A stretch of DNA of 64,000 nucleotides from Alphaproteobacteria bacterium. GTDB taxonomy: Bacteria > Pseudomonadota > Alphaproteobacteria > UBA11136. The notes under the pieces were generated by a model. It was not told the DNA's origin. It worked only from the letters and a program-made list of their open reading frames with translations, and did no database searches. Shown here piece after piece: positions 49,551 to 60,982 of the stretch. The stretch spans positions 12,342 to 76,341 of the forward strand of contig JASLYJ010000004.1 in the NCBI GenBank assembly GCA_030739855.1, read 5' to 3'. Numbering within the stretch: the first letter of the stretch is position 1; every line of letters starts with the position of its first letter. The position numbers were made by a program, and so were the translations under genes.

Positions 49551-50035
49551 CTTTGCTCAAACGCGGGGTTCGGTCTGTGCTTTTTTCCGAATTGTTATCG
49601 GGGCTGATGCTGACCTTGGTGTATTTTTTCCGTCCAAAAGTGACGCTCAACTACCCATTCGAAAAGGGACCTCTTTCCCCACGCTTCCGCGGAGAACATG
49701 CTCTGCGGCGCTATAGAAATGGGGAAGAACGCTGCATTGCCTGCAAGTTATGCGAGGCTATTTGTCCAGCCCAGGCCATCACCGTCGAGGCCGACCCGAA
49801 CGTCGCTGGAAACTGCCGTGCTACCCGCTACGATTTGGACATGACCAAATGCATCTATTGTGGGTTCTGCCAGGAGGCCTGTCCGGTGGACGCCATCGTC
49901 GAGGGGCCAAACTTCGAATTCACCACCGAGACTCGGGCCGAGCTCATGTACAACAAGGAAAAGTTACTCGCCAACGGGGACCGTTGGGAAGCGGAGATCG
50001 CCGCTAATATCGAACGCGACGCGCCGTATCGCTAG
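49547..50035 (+). CDS. nuoI: NADH-quinone oxidoreductase subunit I
   Basis: Two 4Fe-4S motifs: [12 protein letters not shown] and [16 protein letters not shown] overlap with nuoH. Confidence 0.96.
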   Translation: MTLLKRGVRSVLFSELLSGLMLTLVYFFRPKVTLNYPFEKGPLSPRFRGEHALRRYRNGEERCIACKLCEAICPAQAITVEADPNVAGNCRATRYDLDMTKCIYCGFCQEACPVDAIVEGPNFEFTTETRAELMYNKEKLLANGDRWEAEIAANIERDAPYR

Positions 50036-50090
50036 AAGAGACCCGAGAAAACACCATGATTGCTGAAACTAGAATCAAGAAGGTGGAGAA

Positions 50091-50726
50091 ATGCCAGAAG
50101 CAGGCTTAGTAGTCTCGGCCGCAGCCTTCTACCTATTTTCCACCCTCGTGCTGGTCTCGGGGGTGATGGTGGTAACTGCCCGCAATCCAGTGCATTCGGT
50201 GCTGTTCCTGGTTCTCGCTTTCTTCAACGCAGCAGGGCTGTTCCTGCTGCTAGGGGCGGAGTTCTTGGCCATGATCCTGGTGGTAGTCTATGTGGGGGCG
50301 GTGGCAGTTCTGTTCCTGTTTGTGGTGATGATGCTCAACATCAACTTCGTCACCATGCGCGAGGGTTTTCTTCAATACCTTCCCATGGGGGGCCTTGTGG
50401 GCCTTATCCTTCTCGTAGAACTGGTCTTCGTGACCGGAGGGTGGACCTTCGCGCCTGAGGTTACGATGGCAGGTAGCCCGTCAACTATCGTAGCTCCATT
50501 AGGGGTAATGACCAATACCCGGGCCTTGGGCGATGTGCTCTATACCCAGTATTTCTACCTCTTCCAGGCGGCAGGTTTGGTGCTTCTGGTGGCCATGATC
50601 GGGGCCATCACCCTGACCCATCGTTCGCGGCCCGACGTGCGGCGACAGAAAATTTCCGAACAGGTGTCACGGCCACGTAAAGACTCCATCGAAATCCGTA
50701 AAGTGCCAACGGGGAGAGGGGTCTAG
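50091..50726 (+). CDS. nuoJ: NADH-quinone oxidoreductase subunit J
   Basis: RNPVHSVLFLVLAFFNAAGLFLLLGAEFLAMILVVVYVGAVAVLFLFVVMM. Confidence 0.94.
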   Translation: MPEAGLVVSAAAFYLFSTLVLVSGVMVVTARNPVHSVLFLVLAFFNAAGLFLLLGAEFLAMILVVVYVGAVAVLFLFVVMMLNINFVTMREGFLQYLPMGGLVGLILLVELVFVTGGWTFAPEVTMAGSPSTIVAPLGVMTNTRALGDVLYTQYFYLFQAAGLVLLVAMIGAITLTHRSRPDVRRQKISEQVSRPRKDSIEIRKVPTGRGV

Positions 50727-50729
50727 GCT

Positions 50730-51041
50730 GTGCTGACCATAACCTTGGAACATTACCTCACCGTCGCAGCGATCCTATTTTCGCTGGGTATCTTTGGTAT
50801 TTTCCTTAACCGCAAGAACGTGATCATCATCCTCATGTCGGTAGAGCTGATGCTGCTGGCGGTGAACCTTAACTTAGTAGCCTTTTCCAACTTCCTTCAC
50901 GATCTGACGGGGCAGGTGTTCGCCATGTTCGTTCTTACCGTTGCTGCTGCTGAATCGGCCATCGGCCTGGCTATCATGATCGCTTTCTTCCGCAACCGCG
51001 GCTCCATTGCAGTGGAGGATGTGAACGTGATGAAGGGATAG
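50730..51041 (+). CDS. nuoK: NADH-quinone oxidoreductase subunit K
   Basis: 103 aa. [14 protein letters not shown] and [11 protein letters not shown]. Confidence 0.94.
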   Translation: MLTITLEHYLTVAAILFSLGIFGIFLNRKNVIIILMSVELMLLAVNLNLVAFSNFLHDLTGQVFAMFVLTVAAAESAIGLAIMIAFFRNRGSIAVEDVNVMKG

Positions 51042-51044
51042 CCC

Positions 51045-52997
51045 GTGCTCTACGTGGCTACTATATTTCTGCCTCTGATCGGGGCCGTCGCAGTTGGACT
51101 TCTCGGACGCTGGACCGGCGACCGTGGTGCCCAGCTCATCACTTGTGGCCTGATGGTTCTATCGGGCCTGTTCTCGCTGGTGATCTTCCGTGAGGTGGCG
51201 CTGGACGGCAATGCGCGTACCATAGAACTTTTCACCTGGATCCATTCTGGTGAATTTGAGGTGTCTTGGGCTCTGAAGTTCGACACTCTGACCGCGGTGA
51301 TGGTGTTTGTGGTCTCGGTGGTTTCGGCCCTAATCCACATTTATTCCATCGGTTATATGGCCAAGGATCCGTCCATCCCCCGGTTCTTCTCCTATCTCAA
51401 CCTCTTTACCTTCTTCATGTTGATTTTGGTAACGGCAAATAACTTGATACAGCTCTTCTTCGGCTGGGAGGGCGTTGGCCTGTGCTCGTATCTGTTGATC
51501 GGATTCTGGTACGACCGTGCCTCGGCTAATACCGCTGCCCTCAAGGCCTTTGTGGTCAACCGCATTGGCGATTTTGGCTTCGCGCTGGGCATTTTAGCTG
51601 TGTTCTATCTCTTCAGCTCCGTAGCCTTCGAGACCATCTTCACCGCCGCCCCGGCCCAGGCTGGAACCACCTTCGAATTCCTGGGGCTGGAGGTGCATGC
51701 CCTGACTCTTATCTGTCTGCTGCTGCTCATCGGTGCCATGGGTAAATCGGCGCAGTTGGGACTGCACGTGTGGCTGCCAGACGCCATGGAAGGCCCGACC
51801 CCAGTTTCGGCGCTCATCCACGCTGCCACTATGGTTACTGCCGGGGTGTTCATGGTGGTGCGGCTTTCTCCCCTGTTCGAACTGGCTCCGTCGGTACTTG
51901 CCGCGGCAGCAATTATCGGAGCACTCACCGCCTTCATCACAGCTACCATCGCCCTGGTCCAGAATGACATCAAGCGCGTGATTGCCTACTCCACTTGCAG
52001 CCAGTTGGGCTACATGTTCTTTGCCGTCGGGGTGTCGGCCTATGGTGCCGCCATCTTTCACCTCATGACTCATGCCTTCTTCAAGTCGCTGCTGTTTCTG
52101 GGCTCGGGTTCGGTAATTCACGCTATGTCCGGTGAACGGGACATGCGCCAGATGGGCGGCATCTGGCGCAGAATTCCTCTGACTTACGTGGCAATGTGTG
52201 TGGGCAGTCTATCGCTCATTGGTATTCCCTTCTTCGCCGGTTACTACTCAAAGGACATTATTCTCGAATCTGCCTGGGAGGCGCATGGCTTCGCGGGAAA
52301 TTTTGCTTATATCCTAGGCGTGGTGGTGGCTTTCCTCACAGCCTTCTATAGCTACCGCATGCTGTTCATGACTTTCCACGGTGACTCCAGGGCTGGCGAG
52401 AAAGTCATGGCCCATGTGCACGAATCGCCTAAGGTAATGACAGTGCCGCTGATCATCCTCTCGGTGGGCGCTATTTTCTCCGGCTATCTTGGTTATGACT
52501 TGTTTGTGGGTGATGGTGGAGAGGGGTTTTGGCGGGCCTCAATCTTGGCGCTTCCCAGCCATGACGCTCTGGCCGACACCCATTACGCGTCCTGGTATAT
52601 CAAGATCACGCCGTATATCCAGATCACGCCATTAGTTATGGCCATGCTGGGTATTTTGCTGGCCTTTATCACCTATTCCAAGTTTCCTGGGCTTGCGGAT
52701 TCCGCGGCGGAGCGCTTCCCCCGTCTCCACGCCTTCCTTTACAATAAATGGTATTTCGATGAGGTCTACGACCGTCTGTTCGTGCGTCCGACGCTGGTTC
52801 TGGCGCGCGGCTTATGGAAGTCAGGCGACGGCAGACTCATTGACGGTATCGGCCCGGATGGCATTGCCGCCTCGGTGCTGCGCGTGGGGCGGCGGGCAGC
52901 GGCGCTGCAAAGCGGCTATGTCTACCATTACGCATTCGCCATGATCATTGGCGTGGTCGGGTTCATCAGCTGGCATCTCTACGGGTCGATGGGCTAG
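51045..52997 (+). CDS. nuoL: NADH-quinone oxidoreductase subunit L
   Basis: 650 aa. [47 protein letters not shown]. Confidence 0.96.
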   Translation: MLYVATIFLPLIGAVAVGLLGRWTGDRGAQLITCGLMVLSGLFSLVIFREVALDGNARTIELFTWIHSGEFEVSWALKFDTLTAVMVFVVSVVSALIHIYSIGYMAKDPSIPRFFSYLNLFTFFMLILVTANNLIQLFFGWEGVGLCSYLLIGFWYDRASANTAALKAFVVNRIGDFGFALGILAVFYLFSSVAFETIFTAAPAQAGTTFEFLGLEVHALTLICLLLLIGAMGKSAQLGLHVWLPDAMEGPTPVSALIHAATMVTAGVFMVVRLSPLFELAPSVLAAAAIIGALTAFITATIALVQNDIKRVIAYSTCSQLGYMFFAVGVSAYGAAIFHLMTHAFFKSLLFLGSGSVIHAMSGERDMRQMGGIWRRIPLTYVAMCVGSLSLIGIPFFAGYYSKDIILESAWEAHGFAGNFAYILGVVVAFLTAFYSYRMLFMTFHGDSRAGEKVMAHVHESPKVMTVPLIILSVGAIFSGYLGYDLFVGDGGEGFWRASILALPSHDALADTHYASWYIKITPYIQITPLVMAMLGILLAFITYSKFPGLADSAAERFPRLHAFLYNKWYFDEVYDRLFVRPTLVLARGLWKSGDGRLIDGIGPDGIAASVLRVGRRAAALQSGYVYHYAFAMIIGVVGFISWHLYGSMG

Positions 52998-53001
52998 GGT
53001 T

Positions 53002-54513
53002 ATGGTGACGCATCTTCCCATACTCTCACTGATTACATTCCTTCCGGTCCTCGGCGCGCTCTTTATCTTCACGATCCGTGGTGACGAAGAGATGGTGGTC
53101 CGTAATTCGCGCCAACTCGCCCTGTGGACCTCGCTCGTCACCTTCATCATATCGGTAGTGCTGATTCTGCTTTTCGATCCCGACACCGCGGGGTTCCAGT
53201 TCGTGGAGACCAAACAGTGGATTAGTGGGCTAGGCATCCAGTATTACATGGGGGTGGATGGGATTTCGGTGTGGTTCGTTCTGCTCTCCACCTTTTTGAC
53301 ACCCCTTTGCGTACTGGCGAGCTGGGCATCCATCCGCAGCCACGTCAAAGAATACATGATCGCTTTCCTGGTGTTGGAGACCATGATGGTGGGCATGTTC
53401 TGCGCTCTCGATTTCGTCCTCTTCTATCTGTTCTTTGAGGGCGTAATGATCCCTATGTTCTTGATCATCGGCGTCTGGGGCGGTCCGCGGCGCATTTATG
53501 CAGCCTTCAAGTTTTTCCTCTATACGCTGGCCGGTTCGGTGCTGATGCTGATCGCGGTGCTCACCCTCTACGTGGTGGTGGGGAAAACCGATATCCCCGC
53601 TCTGATGCAGGCTAGGATCGATCCTTCTCTGCAATACTGGCTGTGGTTGGCCTTCTTCGCCTCCTTTGCTGTGAAGGTGCCCATGTGGCCGGTGCATACT
53701 TGGCTACCCGATGCTCATGTAGAAGCACCCACGGCGGGTTCGGTTATTCTTGCCGGTGTGCTGCTGAAAATGGGGGCCTACGGCTTCCTGCGTTTTTCAC
53801 TGCCCATGCTGCCTGAAGCCAGCCTTTTCTTCCAGCCGTTGATCTTTACGCTCAGTGCGGTGGCTATCATTTACACCTCGCTGGTGGCCCTGGCCCAGGA
53901 GGATATGAAAAAGCTCATCGCCTATTCCTCGGTGGCTCATATGGGATTCGTCACCATCGGCATTTTCACTGTCAACCTCCAGGGCATAGAAGGGGCGCTG
54001 TTCCAGATGCTTAGCCACGGTATCATTTCCTCAGCCCTGTTTCTGTGCGTGGGTGTGCTCTACGACCGTATCCATAGCCGTGACATCGCCAGCTACGGCG
54101 GGCTGGTGCACCGTATGCCGGCCTACGCCTTGGTCTTCATGGTGTTTACCTTGGGGGCACTGGGCCTTCCCGGTACCAGCGGGTTCATTGGCGAGTTTTT
54201 AAGTCTTCTTGCCGCCTATCAAGTGAACCGCCTACTGGCGGTGCTGGCGTCCACCGGGATGGTGTTGGGCGCGGTCTATATGTTGTGGCTCTACCGTAGA
54301 GTCATGCTGGGCCTGCTGGAAAAAGAAGAACTTAAATCTATCCTTGACCTCAATCGTCGGGAAGTGGCCGTCTTTGCGCCGTTGGTGGTGCTGGTTTTGT
54401 GGATGGGGATCTATCCCGAATACTTCCTCGGCTTTATGCACGCCTCAGCTGAAAACCTGGTTGATAAGTTCAAGATCGCACACGCTCTTAACCTTGCCGC
54501 CGCGGCGCCATAG
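53002..54513 (+). CDS. nuoM: NADH-quinone oxidoreductase subunit M
   Basis: [40 protein letters not shown] 53002; the ORF opens at 52948. Confidence 0.96.
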   Translation: MVTHLPILSLITFLPVLGALFIFTIRGDEEMVVRNSRQLALWTSLVTFIISVVLILLFDPDTAGFQFVETKQWISGLGIQYYMGVDGISVWFVLLSTFLTPLCVLASWASIRSHVKEYMIAFLVLETMMVGMFCALDFVLFYLFFEGVMIPMFLIIGVWGGPRRIYAAFKFFLYTLAGSVLMLIAVLTLYVVVGKTDIPALMQARIDPSLQYWLWLAFFASFAVKVPMWPVHTWLPDAHVEAPTAGSVILAGVLLKMGAYGFLRFSLPMLPEASLFFQPLIFTLSAVAIIYTSLVALAQEDMKKLIAYSSVAHMGFVTIGIFTVNLQGIEGALFQMLSHGIISSALFLCVGVLYDRIHSRDIASYGGLVHRMPAYALVFMVFTLGALGLPGTSGFIGEFLSLLAAYQVNRLLAVLASTGMVLGAVYMLWLYRRVMLGLLEKEELKSILDLNRREVAVFAPLVVLVLWMGIYPEYFLGFMHASAENLVDKFKIAHALNLAAAAP

Positions 54514-54528
54514 GAGCAGGAAGACAAG

Positions 54529-55977
54529 ATGACCGAACTACCTGATTTCCTTCCCGCCCTACCCGAAATTGTGCTTGCTTTGAGTGGCCTGCTCCTTTTG
54601 CTCTACGGCGCGGTACGTAGCGATGCCCCGTTCCGATTTATTGGCTATACCACTGTTCTTGTCCTGCTAGCAGTCCAGGTCATGGAAATGACCATTGAGC
54701 CGGGGGGCCGCTTCACCTTTTCTGGCCTATTCATTTCCGACCGCTACGCCGTTTTTATGAAATCGCTAGTACTTCTGGGCTCGGCGCTGGCGGTGCTGCT
54801 TTCCCTTGACTATCACGATCAAGAAAAGCAGGAACGAATCGAATATCCCATCCTCATCCTATTCGCCACCCTAGGTATGATGATGATGATTTCGGCCAGC
54901 AGTCTACTTTCCCTCTATGTAGGCCTGGAACTCCAGAGTCTATGTCTCTATGTGCTGGCTTCCATCCAACGCGATACGCTGAGATCCACCGAGGCGGGGC
55001 TTAAATATTTCATCCTCGGTGCCCTGTCTTCGGGACTGCTGCTTTATGGTGTATCGCTCATTTACGGGTTCACCGGAAGTACGGAATTTTCGCAACTTGC
55101 CAAAATCCTTTCTACCGCGAATTTACAGGTTCCGATGGGGGTGATTATCGGCCTAGTTTTCGTTATGGCTGGTCTAGCCTTTAAGGTTTCAGCCGTTCCC
55201 TTCCACATGTGGACGCCAGATGTCTACGAGGGCGCGCCCACGCCGATTACGGCTTTTTTTGCCGTGGCGCCAAAGATCGCCGCCATCGCCCTATTGCTAC
55301 GGGTTCTCGTGGGCCCCCTGGGCGGACTGGTGGAAGAATGGCAGCAAGTGGTTGTAGTGGTGTCGTTGGCCTCTATGGTGCTAGGCAATTTCGCCGCCCT
55401 TAACCAAACCAATATCAAGCGTCTTATGGCCTACAGCTCCATCGGTCATACGGGATATGTCTTAGTTGGTCTGGCGGCAGGCACTGCTGCCGGGGTGCAT
55501 GGAGTGCTGATCTACATAACAGTCTATCTGTTCATGGTGGTGGGCACCTTCGCCGTCATTCTTTGCATGCGCCAACACGACCGCATGGTAGAGAATATCG
55601 AAGACTTAGCCGGACTTTCTAAGACCCATCCCATGATTGCTCTAGCCATGGCCATCTTCATGTTTTCCATGGCAGGGATCCCTCCGCTGGCCGGATTCTT
55701 CGGCAAGCTCTACGTGTTTCTGGCAGCCATCGAGTCAGACCTCTATGCCCTCGCCATTGTCGGCATCCTTACCAGCGTAGTGGGAGCCTTCTATTATCTG
55801 CGTATCGTCAAGATAATGTATTTTGACGAATCCCACGAGCCCTTGGACAAGTGGATCGGCCACGATATTGCCGCGATCCTGGTTGGCACGGGGACCTTCA
55901 CCCTGTTTTTTTTCATCTATCCAGAACCCATTCTCTTGGCGGCCACCGCGGCGGTGGCATCTCTTTTCTCTGGTTAG
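54529..55977 (+). CDS. nuoN: NADH-quinone oxidoreductase subunit N
   Basis: GLAFKVSAVPFHMWTPDVYEGAPTPITAFF. 482 aa, polytopic. Confidence 0.96.
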   Translation: MTELPDFLPALPEIVLALSGLLLLLYGAVRSDAPFRFIGYTTVLVLLAVQVMEMTIEPGGRFTFSGLFISDRYAVFMKSLVLLGSALAVLLSLDYHDQEKQERIEYPILILFATLGMMMMISASSLLSLYVGLELQSLCLYVLASIQRDTLRSTEAGLKYFILGALSSGLLLYGVSLIYGFTGSTEFSQLAKILSTANLQVPMGVIIGLVFVMAGLAFKVSAVPFHMWTPDVYEGAPTPITAFFAVAPKIAAIALLLRVLVGPLGGLVEEWQQVVVVVSLASMVLGNFAALNQTNIKRLMAYSSIGHTGYVLVGLAAGTAAGVHGVLIYITVYLFMVVGTFAVILCMRQHDRMVENIEDLAGLSKTHPMIALAMAIFMFSMAGIPPLAGFFGKLYVFLAAIESDLYALAIVGILTSVVGAFYYLRIVKIMYFDESHEPLDKWIGHDIAAILVGTGTFTLFFFIYPEPILLAATAAVASLFSG

Positions 55978-56004
55978 CCACGGCAGTGCTTTTGTACACA
56001 GACC

Positions 56005-56793
56005 ATGACCCAGACTCTGAATCTTTCCTCCCGTTATCACCTTCTCTCTTTCGAACGCCTCGACAGCACAAACGAAGAGGCGTGCCGTTTGGCCAAGAAA
56101 GGGGGGAGAGAATTTACCGTGGTCTGGGCCCGCGAGCAGACGGCGGGTAGGGGGCGGCGCGGTCATGATTGGGTGTCGCCGTTAGGAAACCTCTATCTCT
56201 CACTGATCCTGCGTCCTACTTCCCCCCTGGCCGAGGCCGTGCAGCTCAGTTTCGTGGCGGCGGTGGCGCTGGGCATGGCTCTAGATACCCTAGTCCCCGA
56301 GGGTGTGGCTGTTTCCTATAAATGGCCCAACGACGTGTTGCTGGAGGGACGTAAGGCGGCGGGAATCCTATTGGAATCCGGTTTCCATCAGGATCGTGTG
56401 GAATGGTTGGTGTTAGGGCTGGGGGTTAATCTGGTGTCGCACCCGGAAGGCGTTTCCCATCCCGCCACCTCCCTAAAGGCGGTGGGCGCGGAGGCCGTGG
56501 CGGCGGCCCATGTGCTAGAATGCTTTTGTTCCACCTTCGAGAACTGCTATACGCGCTGGCTAAGAGATGGGTTCCCCCCCCTGCGCGAGGCGTGGCTGTT
56601 GCGTGCATGTGGGCTGGGAGATCCCATAGAAGTGGTGCTGGAAGATGGGTGCGTGAGCGGAAAATTTCTTGATCTCGACGCTTCTGGTGCCCTTGTTCTG
56701 GTACTGGAGAACGGCGAAATGAGGACAATCACCGCTGGAGATATATTTTTCCCCCAAGGTGAGAAACGGACTGACCATGTTGCTGGCTATTGA
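56005..56793 (+). CDS. birA: Biotin--[acetyl-CoA-carboxylase] ligase, group I (no N-terminal HTH)
   Basis: QTAGRGRRGHDWVSPLGNLYLS and KWPNDVLLEGRKAAGILLE. The 262-aa length leaves no room for a repressor domain. Confidence 0.9.
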   Translation: MTQTLNLSSRYHLLSFERLDSTNEEACRLAKKGGREFTVVWAREQTAGRGRRGHDWVSPLGNLYLSLILRPTSPLAEAVQLSFVAAVALGMALDTLVPEGVAVSYKWPNDVLLEGRKAAGILLESGFHQDRVEWLVLGLGVNLVSHPEGVSHPATSLKAVGAEAVAAAHVLECFCSTFENCYTRWLRDGFPPLREAWLLRACGLGDPIEVVLEDGCVSGKFLDLDASGALVLVLENGEMRTITAGDIFFPQGEKRTDHVAGY

Positions 56794-57550
56794 TTCAGGC
56801 AATACCAATGTGATTTTCGCCATTTTTGAAGGTGAAACCCTGCGCGCTCGCTGGCGCAGTTCCAACGACCTGCATCGCACCGCTGATGAATACGCGGTAT
56901 GGCTAACCCAGCTGATGACTCTGGAAGACTTGGCACTGGGTGACATCAAGGCGGCGGTTGTCGCCAATGTGGTGCCCGCTTCGCAGCACTACCTATCGGC
57001 CATGTGCCACCGTTATTTCAACTGCGAGCCTTTGATCGTGGGTGCTGACGGTGTGGACCTCGGGATCGAGGTGCTCACTGAACATTCCGCGGAAGTAGGG
57101 GCCGATAGGTTGGCGAATGCGGTGGCCGTCCACGATCGCTACAAGGGGCCGGCCATCGTTCTTGATTTTGGCACCGCTACTACCTTCGACGTGGTGGACG
57201 GCAAGGGTAACTACATCGGTGGCGTGATCGCCCCGGGCATACACTTGTCGCTGGAGGCACTCTACATGGAGGCGGCCCAGCTCCCCCGCATCGCTGTGGA
57301 AAAGCCGGGGAAAATCATCGGTACGAGCACCATCAGCGCTATGCAATCTGGTATTTTCTGGGGCTATGTAAGCATGATCGAAGGTATGGTGGTGCGGATC
57401 ACAGAGGAATTTGGGGAACCCATGACGGTGGTTGCCACCGGTGGGCTGGCTGCCCTTTTTGCTGATTCCACCTCGTCCATCCAACATCACGATCCTACAT
57501 TAACTCTGCACGGATTACTGAAAATCCACCAGATCAACAACCCTTTATGA
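56777..57550 (+). CDS. coaX: Type III pantothenate kinase
   Basis: MLLAIDSGNTNVIFAIF, VGADRLANAV, and DFGTATTFD. Overlaps the birA end. Confidence 0.93.
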   Translation: MLLAIDSGNTNVIFAIFEGETLRARWRSSNDLHRTADEYAVWLTQLMTLEDLALGDIKAAVVANVVPASQHYLSAMCHRYFNCEPLIVGADGVDLGIEVLTEHSAEVGADRLANAVAVHDRYKGPAIVLDFGTATTFDVVDGKGNYIGGVIAPGIHLSLEALYMEAAQLPRIAVEKPGKIIGTSTISAMQSGIFWGYVSMIEGMVVRITEEFGEPMTVVATGGLAALFADSTSSIQHHDPTLTLHGLLKIHQINNPL

Positions 57551-59253
57551 AACAGCCCAACAAAGAAATGGACCAAGCGCTGTTGCCTGAGGGTGAACCG
57601 GTGCCGGGAGAGGAACTGCTGTTCCTGCCCTTAGGTGGGTCGGGAGAGATCGGCATGAACCTCAACCTCTATGGCAGTGAAGGAGCCTGGATCATCGTTG
57701 ATTTGGGCGTCACCTTCAGTGACGATTCCATGCCATGGATAGATATCATTACTCCTGATCCCGCCTTTATAGAGAGCCAGCGCGACCGTCTGGCGGGCAT
57801 TGTCCTCACCCACGCCCATGAGGACCATATCGGTGCAGTGCCCCATTTATGGCCGCGCTTGCAGTGCCCCATCTACGCCACCTCCTTTACCGCCTCCATC
57901 CTGCGCCGCAAGCTGCGGGAAATGGGGTTAGAAAAAGAGGCAATCATCACGGAAATACCCTTAAGCGGCTCCTTCGAGGTGGGGCCATTTACCATTGATC
58001 TCATTACCCTTACCCACTCTATCCCCGAACCCAACGCCGTGGTCATCCATTCGGCACACGGCACCGTCCTTCATACTGGGGATTGGAAGCTCGACCCCAA
58101 CCCCATTGTAGGCGAAGTTACCGATGAAAGGGCACTCCGGGAATTGGGCGAGGGCGGAGTGCTAGCTATGGTGTGCGACTCCACTAACGTCTTTACCGAG
58201 GGCGCATCGGGTTCTGAGGGAAATCTGCGGGAAAGTCTTGAAAAACTGGTAGGCTGTTACGACAGCGGCCGTGTCGTCGTGGGCTGTTTTGCCTCCAACA
58301 TCGCCCGTCTCAGTACCCTGGCTCGTGTGGCGGAGGCCAATAACCGTCATGCTGCTCTCATCGGCCGTTCCCTATGGTCATTCTACGAATCTGCAAAGGA
58401 AAACGGATATCTTACTGATATCCCTGAATTCCTTACTGAATACGATGTGGAGCGCCTGCCCCGGGATCAGGTCCTGCTGATCTGTACTGGGAGCCAGGGG
58501 GAACCACGCGCCGCTTTCTCTCGGATCGCCTCGGGTAATCATCCCCGGGTGGAACTGGAGAATGGTGACGTAGCTATTTTTTCCTCGCGTATTATTCCGG
58601 GAAATGAGAAATCCATCGCCAGACTGCAGAACCGCCTTGTGGCCCTCGGCGTGGAAGTAGTGACGGAGAAAGACCACTTCATCCATGTATCCGGACATCC
58701 TGGGCGCGATGAACTGACTCGGATGTATCAATGGGTTAATCCGCGTGTGGTGGTGCCGGTTCACGGCGAGATCCGCCATCTACATGAACAAGCGAAGTTG
58801 GCGCGGTCATGCCAGATACCCCAGGCGGTGGAGATTGAGAACGGCATTGTGCTACGTCTCGCTCCCGGTGACACGGAGATCGTCGGTCGAGTGCATAGCG
58901 GCCGCTTGACGCTGGATGGAAACCGGCTGGTGCCGCTGGATGGCTCTATGATGGCAGCCCGTAAGCGGGTGATATTCAATGGTTCCATGGCGGTGACGGT
59001 GGTCATCGACGGCGATGGTGAATTACTCTCCGATCCCGTAATCAGCGCGCCTGGCTACTTCACCGAAAAGGGGGATGAAGCCTTCATCAGAAAGCTTATA
59101 GCCGCCGCGAGCGCAGCAGTGGGCTCGTTAGCTGGGTCATCGGCCCGTAATGAAGATGAAGTTGGGGAGGCTGTGCGGTGTGCGGTGCGCAAAGCTTTTT
59201 TCTTGAAGCGCACGCAGCGCCCAGTGACTCAGGTCCACGTGGTTCGCCTTTAG
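57547..59253 (+). CDS. rnj: Ribonuclease J (metallo-beta-lactamase / beta-CASP)
   Basis: GGSGEIGMNL and THAHEDHIGAVP. beta-CASP region: CDSTN, HVSGHPGRDEL, VPVHGE. Confidence 0.92.
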   Translation: MKQPNKEMDQALLPEGEPVPGEELLFLPLGGSGEIGMNLNLYGSEGAWIIVDLGVTFSDDSMPWIDIITPDPAFIESQRDRLAGIVLTHAHEDHIGAVPHLWPRLQCPIYATSFTASILRRKLREMGLEKEAIITEIPLSGSFEVGPFTIDLITLTHSIPEPNAVVIHSAHGTVLHTGDWKLDPNPIVGEVTDERALRELGEGGVLAMVCDSTNVFTEGASGSEGNLRESLEKLVGCYDSGRVVVGCFASNIARLSTLARVAEANNRHAALIGRSLWSFYESAKENGYLTDIPEFLTEYDVERLPRDQVLLICTGSQGEPRAAFSRIASGNHPRVELENGDVAIFSSRIIPGNEKSIARLQNRLVALGVEVVTEKDHFIHVSGHPGRDELTRMYQWVNPRVVVPVHGEIRHLHEQAKLARSCQIPQAVEIENGIVLRLAPGDTEIVGRVHSGRLTLDGNRLVPLDGSMMAARKRVIFNGSMAVTVVIDGDGELLSDPVISAPGYFTEKGDEAFIRKLIAAASAAVGSLAGSSARNEDEVGEAVRCAVRKAFFLKRTQRPVTQVHVVRL

Positions 59254-59269
59254 GGAAGGGGCCTTCATT

Positions 59270-59506
59270 ATGGGTCTTGCATCTGGTCTTGTAGTCTACA
59301 TTATCTTGTGGTGGGTGACGCTATTTGCGGTTTTGCCTTGGGGTATTCTACAGGAGCCTGCGCCCGAAAAAGGCCACGACAGAGGCGCACCCACAAATCC
59401 TCGTATCGGTCTAAAATTCACCGTGACTACCATTATTGCTGGCCTGTTATGGGTAGGTGTCTACGCCCTAGTGACGTCGGGGATTATCAATGTGAGGGAG
59501 TTGTAG
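59270..59506 (+). CDS. DUF1467 family membrane protein
   Basis: 78 aa, two TM helices. ILWWVTLFAVLPWG...GAPTNPRIGLKF is typical of the small gene that follows the nuo/rnj region in Alphaproteobacteria. Confidence 0.75.
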   Translation: MGLASGLVVYIILWWVTLFAVLPWGILQEPAPEKGHDRGAPTNPRIGLKFTVTTIIAGLLWVGVYALVTSGIINVREL

Positions 59507-59510
59507 ACTC

Positions 59511-60287
59511 TCATACATTCCTTTCGCGCATAAAAACCCAGCTTTCTTCGTCCGATGTGTCTGGCTGGAAGGCATAACCGCCGTCGTTGAAGTCCTTCAT
59601 GGCTTCGGGAGTTTCTAGACGGTTGCGTATAATATAGCGAGCCATCATGCCACGGGCGCGTTTAACCGCCATGCCGAGTACCTTGGTCTCACCATTGAGC
59701 CATTCTTTGAACGCTGGAGTCAGAACGGGAATTTTCAGGCGCTTGCGGTCAATGGCTTTGAAATACTCGTTTGAGGCTAGGTTCACCACTAAGGGAGTTT
59801 TATGGCCTTTACTCAAGGCGTTAAGACTCTCAGCTAGCTGCCGATTCCAAAACTGGTAGAGGTCGCTTCCTTCTTGGTTTGGAAGCCGCGTGCCCATTTC
59901 CAGACGATAGGGTTGGATCAGATCGAGAGGGCGCAGCAAGCCGTAAAGCCCAGAGAGAATCCTTAAGTGATCCTGAGCAAAGTACAGATCTTTGTCATCG
60001 AAGCTGTCGGCGTCTACTCCCACGTAGGTGTCACCGCGAAAAGCCAATACTGCTTGTTTGGCGTTGTCCAGCGTGAAAGGAATGGAAAATTCCCTGAACC
60101 TAGCGTAGCTGAGACTAGCTAGCTTGTCGCTGATTTTCATGAGGCGGGAAAGTTCACTCTGGCTCAGTTTCTTGGCATGATCTATCAGAATACGACTCTT
60201 GTCCAAGAAGTTAGGCTGGGTATAGGGAAGAGCCTCCGGAATGTTCTTGAAGTAGAGCTTCTTGGAGGGAGAAAGAAGAATGATCAT
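59511..60287 (-). CDS. yaaA: Peroxide stress protein YaaA (UPF0246/DUF328)
   Basis: MIILLSPSKKL, AFRGDTYVG, and LRILSGLYGLLRPLDLIQPYRLEMG. The ORF opens at 60320. Confidence 0.9.
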   Translation of the reverse strand: MIILLSPSKKLYFKNIPEALPYTQPNFLDKSRILIDHAKKLSQSELSRLMKISDKLASLSYARFREFSIPFTLDNAKQAVLAFRGDTYVGVDADSFDDKDLYFAQDHLRILSGLYGLLRPLDLIQPYRLEMGTRLPNQEGSDLYQFWNRQLAESLNALSKGHKTPLVVNLASNEYFKAIDRKRLKIPVLTPAFKEWLNGETKVLGMAVKRARGMMARYIIRNRLETPEAMKDFNDGGYAFQPDTSDEESWVFMRERNV

Positions 60288-60376
60288 GCCGTTCTTCCGA
60301 TAATGTGGGTAAGGCGCCAAGCGTCGAATGATGTATATATGATCCGTGAGGACACAAAACCACAGGAAAGCCTCCT

Positions 60377-60919
60377 ATGAGCTGGTATTGCGACGCGGCG
60401 CGGGGCCACCCCCAGCACGGACCCCATCACGATGAAATCTATGGATTCCCGGTCACTGACGATAACATTCTCTTTGAACGGCTGGTGCTGGAGCTCAATC
60501 AGGCGGGTCTGTCCTGGCTCACCATTCTCAAGAAGGAAGAGAATTTTCGCGCTGCCTTCGAAGGATTCGAAATCAATCGGGTGGCTGCCTATGGTGAGGA
60601 CGATATAGCCCGTCTCATGGGTGATGCCGGGATTATCCGTAACCGCCTAAAAATCGCCGCCGCCATCCACAATGCCAAGGCAATACAGGGTCTTGTCCGC
60701 GACTGTGGCTCCTTTTCAGCTTGGCTAGACTATCACCATCCTATGCCTAAGGATGACTGGGTTAGACTGTTCAAGAAGACCTTTCATTTTACGGGCGGAG
60801 AAATCACCAACGAATTTCTCATGAGCACGGGCTATCTTCCAGGCGCCCACCACGAGACCTGTCCCGTCTACGGGAAGATTGCTCGACTTAATCCGCCCTG
60901 GATGCGGGCTTCTGATTAG
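60377..60919 (+). CDS. tag: DNA-3-methyladenine glycosylase I
   Basis: HDEIYGFPVTDDNILFERLVLELNQAGLSWLTILKKEENFRAAFEGF and IRNRLKI. Confidence 0.9.
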   Translation: MSWYCDAARGHPQHGPHHDEIYGFPVTDDNILFERLVLELNQAGLSWLTILKKEENFRAAFEGFEINRVAAYGEDDIARLMGDAGIIRNRLKIAAAIHNAKAIQGLVRDCGSFSAWLDYHHPMPKDDWVRLFKKTFHFTGGEITNEFLMSTGYLPGAHHETCPVYGKIARLNPPWMRASD

Positions 60920-60943
60920 TAAAAAACAGGGAATCATTTCTCC

Positions 60944-60982
60944 AATAAAAAAATGGCAACACTGGGAGCCAGTCTTGCCATT
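60944..60982 (-). terminator. Strong minus-strand intrinsic terminator with no annotated gene upstream of it
   Basis: Minus strand: AATGGCAA-G-ACTGG-CTC-CCAGT-G-TTGCCATT (13 bp with one 1x1 mismatch) followed by TTTTTATT. On the plus strand the hairpin is followed by CTTCAATG, with no U-tract. Confidence 0.6.
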